Part shown: positions 55,334 to 64,000 of the stretch, piece by piece
Numbering within the stretch: the first letter of the stretch is position 1
Layout: each line of letters begins with the position of its first letter
Source of the DNA: Octopus sinensis
Lineage: Eukaryota
Direction: 5' to 3'
Length of the DNA: 64,000 nucleotides
Assembly: GCF_006345805.1 (NCBI RefSeq)
Contig: NC_042999.1
Coordinates: forward strand, 156,054,001 to 156,118,000
Translations under genes and position numbers: made by a program
Notes under the pieces: generated by a model
The model's input: the letters and a program-made list of their open reading frames with translations, nothing else
Database searches by the model: none
Told to the model about the DNA's origin: nothing

Positions 55334-55429
55334 ATGTTTGATCTTCTTGAAACCGGTACTTGTGGCCGGGTGGAAGTTATTCCCGAACAAAATCGAAAGG
55401 CACACAGGGTCCCTCTACCCCTGAAAACC
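55334..55429 (+). CDS. SKIV2L: SKI2/SKIV2L helicase, coding exon 1 (MFDLLETGTCGRVEVIPEQNRKAHRVPLPLKT)
   Basis: ATG at 55334, 96 nt, donor GTAAGT at 55430. The LLETGTCGRVE segment resembles the N-terminal ELGCTGHWE motif of animal SKI2; phase 0 joins exon 2. Confidence 0.85.
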
Positions 55430-56819
55430 GTAAGTATATACTGTTATTTTATAATCTCACTCTTTTGTTTTATTTTATTTTATTTTATTTTTATTATTAT
55501 TTCATCCTTGCATTGTTACCGGCGTCTTGGGTCTTTGTCGTTAATAAAAAAAAATCATTATTGTTGCTGTCGATGAAAGAAAGGTACTTGCTAGGTACCA
55601 GCTGGGGATCGACTTAAGCAAATGTCTACATTCTTTCGGCGTACACCCCAGAACTCTCAAAATTCGATCATATGGGGCCTTATGGTTGTCTCATCTCTCA
55701 CAAAATGTCTCGTCATGTATTTATGTAAGGGATCGTCGTTATTATTGTTATTCACTTTAGGTTGTCGCTATTGAACCTTACATATGGTCAAAGTCGTTTC
55801 AACCATGACCATCCTGTCTTTTTCTCTGACATTCTCTGTTGCACGTTTCAAGCATTTGATTGTGGCCATGCTGGAACAACGTCATTGGTCGAAGAAATCG
55901 ACACATTGTCAGAGGCACTCAGTCACAATCATCTGTATTTTTCTTTTTATGTGAGACATAGGCGTGGCTGTGTAGTAAGAAGTCTGCTTCACAACCATAT
56001 AGTTTGGGGTTCAGTCCCACTACACAGCCTATAGTCTCAGGCCAACCAAAGTCTTGGAGGTGGACTTGGTACATCAAAACTGAAAGAAGCTCATTATGTG
56101 TGTTATGTGTGAAGGCAGATGGCAGATTGTTTAGAGCATCAGGCTTACAACCATGAGGTTATGAGTTCGATTCCTGGACCAAGCTGTTTATTGTGTTCTT
56201 GAGCAAGGTATTTTATTTCATATTGCTCCAGTTCACTTAGCTTTTGAAATGGGTTGTGACATTATGTATCACCTGGTTGACTATATGAGTGATTAGACTA
56301 CAGCCTACACTGCCAGATATTTTAAGCATCTCAGCAGTGATTCCTGATGGGCCAGGGGCTTTCTCTATCTTCATCGCTGGTGCCAAGCTATATCGGCCTT
56401 TGCATTTCCCTTGGGTAACATCAGTGACATAGAGTGGAGAGGCTGGTATGCATGGGTGACTGCTGGTCTTCCACAAACCATCTTGCCCAGTCTTGTACCT
56501 TGAAGGGGAACTTTTTACTGGGATCAACTTGGCCTTTCTTACCTTTCAAAGTTTGAAATATTAACTCAAATCCCACCTTGCAATTTGTGAGTCTTCAGTA
56601 CCACTCTAAGAAACCATTAATAGACTGGTAGTATTGTTCGAGCATCAGACAAAATGCTCTGCAGTTTCTTCTGGTTCTTTACATAATGACTTTCAATCCC
56701 ACCAAGATCAACTTTGCCTTTCATTCATCTTTTCAGGGTTGCTAAAATAAAGGACCAGTCAAGTACTGGAACCAATATAATCACCTAGCAACCCCACAAA
56801 GCTTCAGGCTTTGTGTCAA

Positions 56820-57143
56820 TACACCCTCCCCTCAACTTACGACCTATGTGACTTATGACCATCTGTATTTATGACCGAAAAAAATAAGGAAATAAAATAA
56901 TAAATAAATGAAGAAAAAATCGATTTTGGACATTGGGCATCTGCACGTATGGTAACTATGGTTGCATCTGGCAACGCAGACCTCCCTCCGACCCAGGCAT
57001 CCACTGCCTACCAATCTCTCACCCGGTCGCTTTCAAGCATCAGCTGCATTTGATTAAAAAATATAAATCCAACATGCAACCAGATCAACTAACAACCTTG
57101 CAGTCGAAAAGGAACTTGGTCGTAAGTCGAGAAGAAGGAGTAT
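56820..57143. mobile_element. Tigger/pogo-like MITE
   Basis: CTCAACTTACGACC near the left end and GGTCGTAAGTCGAG near the right end, with TA flanks. Confidence 0.55.
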
Positions 57144-57669
57144 TGGTTTCAGATTTTGGCACAAGGCCAGCAATTACAGGGGAAGTAACTCAATACATCA
57201 ATCCCAGTTTTCAATTGGTACTTCTTTTATCGATCTCAAAAGGGTGAAAGCAAAGTAGACCTCAGCAAAATTTGAACTCAGAACATAAAGACAGATAAAA
57301 TGCTACTTAGCATTTTGCTCCACATGCTAAGAGTTCTGCTAAGAGTTCACCATATTTGGTCTTGCGTTTAACCTGGAAACAAATTTTACTATTAATCCGA
57401 GTAGTCAGCTGACAATTGTCACCATACTGGACAAAGTGCTTAGGAGAATTCCTTCCGGTTCTGAGTTCAAATACTGCATGGGTTAACTTTGCTTTTCATC
57501 CTTTCAGGCTCAGTAAAATAAGTACAAGTGGAGCCCCTGGGTCAGTGTGAGTGACTACATTTTTAAACTTAAATTGCTTGATCTTATACCAAATCAACAT
57601 AAAGAAAGGAATGAAGAGTTTGAAGCATAATTTTTTTTTTTCTTTTCTTTTTACCTCTCTTCTTTCTAG

Positions 57670-57776
57670 CTTCCATTTGGCCTCCCCAAAATTTTACCAA
57701 CTTGGAAAAAAGATCTAGAAAAATATGTTGAACATCCAGAAAGTCTCCCAATTCATGATTTCAAGAAACACCAAAA
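57670..57776 (+). CDS. SKIV2L: SKI2/SKIV2L exon 2 (LPFGLPKILPTWKKDLEKYVEHPESLPIHDFKKHQ)
   Basis: Polypyrimidine tract + TAG acceptor, GTAAGT donor, 107 nt (phase 0 to 2). LPxGLP and P.xLPIH motifs of the SKI2 N-terminus. Confidence 0.9.
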
Positions 57777-57807
57777 GTAAGTCTTAAATAATCTTTCTCT
57801 TGGGGGA

Positions 57808-57980
57808 CACTAGCATAGCTGGAGGTGAGGGGGGGGGGTCAGCCCCGAGTGGCACTTTTCATCCTGTTGTAGGCTATTGCTGTAGGCAATATGCGTTTTC
57901 TGTGGGGTCGGGGGGAGGGGGGTGGGGTTTAGCAAATGAAAGGGCCACCCTGGGTGGCACACACTTTAGTTACGCCAGTG
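57808..57980. mobile_element. hAT-like MITE in SKIV2L intron 2
   Basis: Imperfect TIRs CACTAGCATAGCT / AGTTACGCCAGTG; GC-rich; TSD not clear. Confidence 0.5.
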
Positions 57981-58735
57981 CTTATGAAGTTACTGCAATT
58001 GAAACAGACTAGGAACTGGTGTGTACGTGCATGTACATGTCTTTGTAAATGGCAAAAATGAGTAATCCTGCGATGGACCTGTAGAATCCCATCTGGGTGG
58101 GGAATATAAATGTCATGGAAACCGGGAGACCGGCCCTTATGAATCAACAGCTTTGAGACTACAAACATGTGACTAGAATGTCATAGGAAGGGATCACAAG
58201 CTGGGTTCTTCAAACTGGGTCCAACCAGCAGGGGACTTAGGGTAGACCAAGAACAAGATGATTAGATAATATCCATAGTCTTTGTTAATCACACTTGGAA
58301 AACCAAGCCACTCTTGCACCTATATATACAAATATCACCGTGATCACCGTGACATCAGATGTTGTTACACATCGCTGGTCACATTGCGCTTCGCATTGTT
58401 TTAGCTTTGAAATGACGCCACCCCACTGGCTAAGCGAGCAGGCCAATATATAAATATATATATACATATATATGAGGGCAGCAAGCTGAAAGAATCGTTA
58501 GCACGCTGGGCGAAATGCTTAGCAGTATTTCATCTACTGTTACGTTCTGAGTTCAAATATATATAGATATATATGTATATCAGTTGCTTCTGATAGGCCC
58601 CAATGGAGGAGGTCCCTGAGAATTCTATCCCAACAACACTCCCCAGGAGTATGGGCTGTGGAAGTTGATGGATGGATGTGTTTTGTTTTTTAAAGTGAAG
58701 TGTATCAGTAAATTTTTCTTTTTATGGTTTTGCAG

Positions 58736-58853
58736 ATATTGGCCCAGGACAAAATGTTCCGAGAACTTATTGGAAATGGATGTCACTCCGGTGCAGACAA
58801 CCATCACTGTTGAACGAAACCCAACAACAGGGAAACTTCTCGGCTACCAAGAG
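58736..58853 (+). CDS. SKIV2L: SKI2/SKIV2L exon 3 (YWPRTKCSENLLEMDVTPVQTTITVERNPTTGKLLGYQE)
   Basis: TTGCAG acceptor, GTGAAT donor, 118 nt, phase compatible. RNPTTGKLLGYQE matches the Ski2_N motif RxPTTGxILGYKE. Confidence 0.95.
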
Positions 58854-59958
58854 GTGAATTTATATTTCCATGTGTCATAAATGCAAAACTCAACAAAGTG
58901 TCTCAGAAACTATAGGAATGCTAAGAGGTTTAACTGGGTTCTTGACATGCTAAAAATAGCAACCAAATCTTCCTCTAATCTCATGCTACCAACTTCAAAA
59001 AAAAAAGGACATTGAATAATGTAGAACTGGTTTCCATGGACACTGGGAAAAAGGATAGCATGGCCATGGCTGTTATGCCTTTAATCATAGATTCACTCAA
59101 CCAGGGTTGACCTGGGGCTAAATAATAACAGCAACAACAACATATCCAAAAAAAAATTAGATGCCAGTTTTTGTCCTGTTTTTACTCTTTTTTATTTTTT
59201 GTTTTAGTCATTTGACTGTTGCCATGCTGGAGCACCACCTTTAGTTGAGCAAATCAACCTCAGGACTTATTCTTTGTAAACTTAGTACTTATTCTATCGG
59301 TCTTTTTGCTGAACTGTTAAGTTACGGGGATGTAAACACACCAGCATTGGTTGTCAAGCAATGTTGTGGGGGACAAACACAGACACACAAACACACACAC
59401 ACACACATTCAGACATATATATATACATATATACGACGAGCTTCTTTCAGTTCTGTCTACTAAATCTATTCACAAGGCTTTGGTCAGTCTGAGGCTATAG
59501 TAGAAGACACTTGCCCATGGTGCCACACAGTGGGACTGAACCCGGAACCATGTAGTTGGTAAGCAAGCTACTTACCACACAGCCACTCCTATGCCTATGG
59601 TGTTTGTTTACTTAATTGAGTGTTTCATTACCCTGACTAGAATCATTGCTCTCTCTCTTTCTCTCTTCTCTTCTCCATTAGTTACAGGGGCCACTTTATG
59701 CCCTTTGTCTTCCTACTCACAAATTGACTTTCACAAGTGCAGGTGCTACGAAAAGAGCAGCCAGTACTCTCTTTAAAGTAGTTGGCTTTAGGAAAGGCAT
59801 CCAGTCATAGAACAATGCCAAAGCCAACATTAGCGCATGATTCAATCCTCCAACTGATGTCCCAAGTGGTAAGGAGTCCATCACCACAACATACTGACTT
59901 GGAAACGAAATAATTACATTGACATTTAGAATAAACTTTTAATGAAAAAAGGTGCTGA

Positions 59959-59992
<34 letters not shown>

Positions 59993-60420
59993 TCTATCTT
60001 TTACTTGTTTCAGTCATTAGACTGCAGCCATGCTGGGATAAATAAATCAAGAATAGAGAATTCCCTCACCCCTTTAATTCTCTATATCATTTGTACTCTG
60101 TGTAGTTCAAACCTTTTTATATACTCTTTTACTTGTTTCAGTCATTTGACTGTAGCCATGCTGGAGCACCGCCTTTAGTCAAGCAAATCGACCGCATGAC
60201 TTATTCTTTGTAAGCCTGTATCAGTTGATGTATGCTATCATTAATGTTGATCTACTCCCTCAGTTGACTTGTTCTTCACTTTTCAAGCAAGTTGATGTTC
60301 CACATCCAACAGATTATATTCAGCTTGAAACACATGCTCAAATTTGATTCAGTTGATTTATTTTTGTCAAAAGAAATGTACCTACTTTAACGCACTATAT
60401 CTTACTCTTGATTATTTCAG

Positions 60421-60535
60421 GAATTACTCACAAACACCATGTCTACAATTAAGAATTCTATGTCATTCAAAAGACCTCCAGGGCCACCAACACAGGATGT
60501 CAGAGGTTGTGCCACAAACTATCCATTTTGGCCGG
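60421..60535 (+). CDS. SKIV2L: SKI2/SKIV2L exon 4 (ELLTNTMSTIKNSMSFKRPPGPPTQDVRGCATNYPFWPG)
   Basis: TTTCAG acceptor, GTATGT donor, 115 nt. The SMSFxRPPGP...RG..TNYPFWPGG motif is the Ski2_N signature. Confidence 0.95.
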
Positions 60536-60909
60536 GTATGTACTTATTTGGCAACTGATAGTTTGAAGAATTTCCTTTATTCTTGTTTACTTCCATTCTT
60601 GTAGAGTCATTGCCATGTTGGTTCTCAAACTGATCTGTAAATGAAGCCTTGTACAATTGGCATATATTTACATGGAACTTAAGTAGCTGTTTCTGTATCC
60701 TGAGTACTGTATAAGACTTTTTATCTATCTATATATGTCGGATTTTATATCCATTCTGTAGATATAAATGAATATATGATTGCATTTGATCTTTGTGTGT
60801 GGATCTTAGTAATGTTCCTTTAGTTCCTGCTCGCAGTGCCTCTGCTCACCATTGGTGATTTTTTTTTTTTTCCTCTGTCTTCCCTTCTCTGGATCTTTCC
60901 TTCTCCTAT

Positions 60910-60944
60910 GTTTCCGACAAAGAGCTCTGCTCGAAACGTTAAAC
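60910..60944 (+). ncRNA. Decayed hammerhead (core CCGACAA) in SKIV2L intron 4
   Basis: GUUU-CCGACAA-A-GAGC-UCU-GCUC-GAA-ACGU-U-AAAC. The downstream sequence recurs at 15310-15405 and both copies end in (TA)n. Confidence 0.55.
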
Positions 60945-61185
60945 CCTCCTTCTTTCCCAATAATACTATTTGTTCCACGTCCTCGCGTTGTTGTGTTTTT
61001 TTTGTGCTTTCTTGTTTGGATTAACTATATATATATATATATATATATACATGTGTGTGTGTGTGTACATACACATGCATATCTGTGTGTATGAGGATGA
61101 AAGTCAATACAGTAATGCAATGATTTCATGCCAGTAGTTTATACTGATTACATTTTTCATGTATTTGTTGGTGCTTTTGTTTCAG

Positions 61186-61260
61186 GTGGTATGGATAAAA
61201 TCCCAAGCGCTAAAGGTCTAATTGCCAAAGGAAAGTATGACGTGATAGACTTTGAAAAAG
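61186..61260 (+). CDS. SKIV2L: SKI2/SKIV2L exon 5 (GMDKIPSAKGLIAKGKYDVIDFEK); gene continues beyond the window
   Basis: TTTCAG acceptor, GTAAGT donor, 75 nt, phase 1-1. Completes PFWPGGMD and carries the IDFEK motif. Confidence 0.92.
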
Positions 61261-62877
61261 GTAAGTTTTCTTTATTGTAGTTTAAACTGCTAAAAATCTC
61301 TGCAGCTGGTTTATTTCACTTAGAGACCAGTGTTCTAAGGTCTTTGTCAAGGTCACTTTTCACCAATAACAGAAGCATCTAAATGATAATTCAACATGCT
61401 AGAAATAACAGTCAAACTTCTGTCTTAATCACACTCTATCATCTTTAACAATGAAATAATATATTATGTAATGTAGTCCTATGCAATTATTCAAAAGAAG
61501 GGATGGTCCCTAATGGAATGTCTTTGATCTTAGGCAGTGGCAGCAGTCATTGTTGTCATCATCAAAAAAGCACAGTCACAGACTTTGTAATAGAAACAGT
61601 TTTGTACCTCACTTTCTCTGGTCTTGGACATCATCATCATTGTTTAACATCCGTTTTCCATGCTAGCATGGGATGGACGGTTCAAACAGGGTCTGGGAAG
61701 CCAGGAAGCTGCACCAGGCTCCAGTCTGATCTGGCAGTGTTTCTACAGCTGGATGCCCTTCCTAACGCCAACCACTCCGTGACTGTAGTGGGTGCTTTTT
61801 ATGTGCCACCGGCACAGGGGCCAGAGGAGGCTGGCAAACGGCCACGATAGGTTGGTGCTTTTTACGTGTCACCAGCACGGATGCCAGTCAAGGCGGCACT
61901 GGCTTCGAACACGTTCAGATGGTGCTTTTTACGTGCCACTGGCACGGGTATCACATCTACAATTTCTATTTGATTTTTATTTTGATGTTGCTGAAGCATT
62001 CCTCAATCTGGTCTTTCTGTCGCTTAATCACTACCCCATCTTTCCCAACTTTCACTCATTGAAACTTATTCACACGATCGCAAAACATTTCGTCTCAAAT
62101 CTTCTGCCGCCAAATCTCATCCTTCCCAGTGAGCGATGGCGTTTTCTCCCTCTGTTATCACTATGTATCTCTCTCTATCTCTCTCTGCGGTGTCGTTGTC
62201 TCCCTCTGTTATCACCATGTCTCTTTCTCTGTATATATTTCACTTGGTTCCATAGGCTTCTGCCTCCTACTCACACCTCCGCCTCCCCTATAAAACCCAA
62301 TGCACGAGGCTTGACCGCCCCTTACTATTCCTTTTCTCCTGGCTGTAACACACGAAACACGAACCTCAGGATGAGAAATATCAGCTAAGATATATATTTA
62401 AGTTTCCGACCTGTTTGCTCCTTTCATTGTTTTTTTTGCAAGTATTATTATCACCATCAAGCCTTATTGTTGTCTTTCGTCTCAAATGCTAGCTAAGTAT
62501 TATTATCACCATCAAGCCTTATCGTTGTCTTTCGTCTCAAATGCTAGCTGAAGCATTTCTCAATCTGGTCTTTCTGTCGCTTAATCACTACCCCATCTTT
62601 CCCAACTTTCACTCATTGAAACTTATTCACACGATCGCAAAACATTTCGTCTCAAATCTTCTGCCGCCAAATCTCATCCTTCCCAGTGAGCGGTGCGCCC
62701 GCCCTCCCGCCCCCTCCACCTGTACCGGAAGTCCTTATCTCAGCTTGTCTTCCTTTACTTTTCTTCCATGAACACCTAAAGGCCTTAAGCCAATACCACC
62801 CCTTCTATATAAGGTGGTGAAAATACGGCGCAAAACATGATAGTGTAGTGTAACAGGTTGAACTTAAGATCATTGCT

Positions 62878-64000
62878 TTGCTTATGAATTCTGCCAAATG
62901 CGAGCTTTCTTCTTTTCAGGTACATGACGCCACTGCTCCCCGTCCCTGGACCTCTCGGGTCCATACCTTCCACTCCTTCAGGGTAGGCACCCTCAACGTT
63001 GGCACACTGAAAGGTAGATCTGGCGAGATAGTTGAGATGCTTGAACGGAGATGGGTTGATGTATGTTGCATGCAAGAAATAAGGTGGAGAGGAGGATCTG
63101 CTAGGTTCCTCACAGGCAAGGAACACAGGTACAAGATTTTCTGGGCAGGGAACACTGACGGGGTCGGTGGCGTGGGTATACTTATCGCTGAGAAATGGGT
63201 AGATAGAGTAATTGAGGTAATCAGAGTAAGTGACAGAATACTTAAGATTAGAATAGTGCTTCATAATAGATTAGCAACCATTATATCGGCCTATGCCCCT
63301 CAGCCAGGGCTACCCGATGGACAGAAAGACAGTTTCTATGACACCCTACTGCAGACCACCTCATTGACGAACGACAGGGACCTTCTCTTTGTGGCTGGTG
63401 ATTTCAATGGGCATGTTGGACGACATGCTGGGGGCTTCCATGGCGTACATGGAGGCTACGGTTATGGTTCCCGCAACGAGGAGGGAACCAGGCTGCTGGA
63501 GTTCTGCGATGCAAATGACCTTATGGTCTGCAATACCAACTTCAGGAAACCCACCTCTCACCTAGTCACCTACCATTCTGGCAGACACACCAGCCAGATT
63601 GACTACATCCTTGCCAGAAAAAGGGAAAGATGGCTGCTTATAAATGCCAAAACCTTCCAGGCGAAGAATGCACCCCACAACATAGACTGGTAGTTAGTGA
63701 CTTTAGGATCAGGACTAAGAGGGCGACTAGAAGACGACCAACATGGAGAAGAAGGGTCTGGAAGCTAAAAGACCCTGCGAATGGACAGAGATTTAGAGAT
63801 ATGCTACTTGAAGCCTTTGACGAAGTGGAAGGGGGTATAGCTACGCATGGGGTAGAAGACAACTGGACGTTTCTGAGGGACAACCTGCTGAAAGCCGCTG
63901 ACCAGATCTGTGGCTGGTGCAAAGTCCCCTTAAGACCCAAAATAACGTGGTGGTGGAACAATATTGTTGACAGGGCTATTAGACAAAAGAAACAGGCTTG
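62878..64000 (+). mobile_element. RTE-clade LINE: AP endonuclease domain, frameshift near 63660, running off the window; in a SKIV2L intron
   Basis: VGTLNVGTL, VCCMQEIRW, GVGGVGILI, SAYAPQ, GDFNGHVG, NTNFRK, SQIDYIL, and WWN at the window end. Confidence 0.92.

Overview
AT-rich, repeat-dense eukaryotic genomic DNA. The mix of SINE families, microsatellites and intron style suggests a cephalopod/octopus genome (inference, not verified). Most ORF-track entries are microsatellite read-through artefacts. Host genes: the first five coding exons of a SKI2/SKIV2L RNA-helicase gene (+, 55334-61260, continuing past the window) and two recognisable exons of an N-acetylneuraminate-lyase-like gene (-), one carrying apparent lesions. 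Mobile DNA: a near-complete 3.8 kb hAT transposon, fragments of R4/Dong, CR1-like, Tx1/L1-like and RTE LINEs, a non-autonomous Helitron, several MITEs and many SINEs. The most notable signal is non-coding: seven minimal type-I hammerhead-ribozyme motifs resembling those of Penelope-like retroelement termini, each in a different sequence context. Two have intact canonical cores, and two have compensatory swaps of the 3-8 core pair (G3-C8, U3-A8) and sit at the centre of long inverted repeats. All calls were made by eye and no searches were run.
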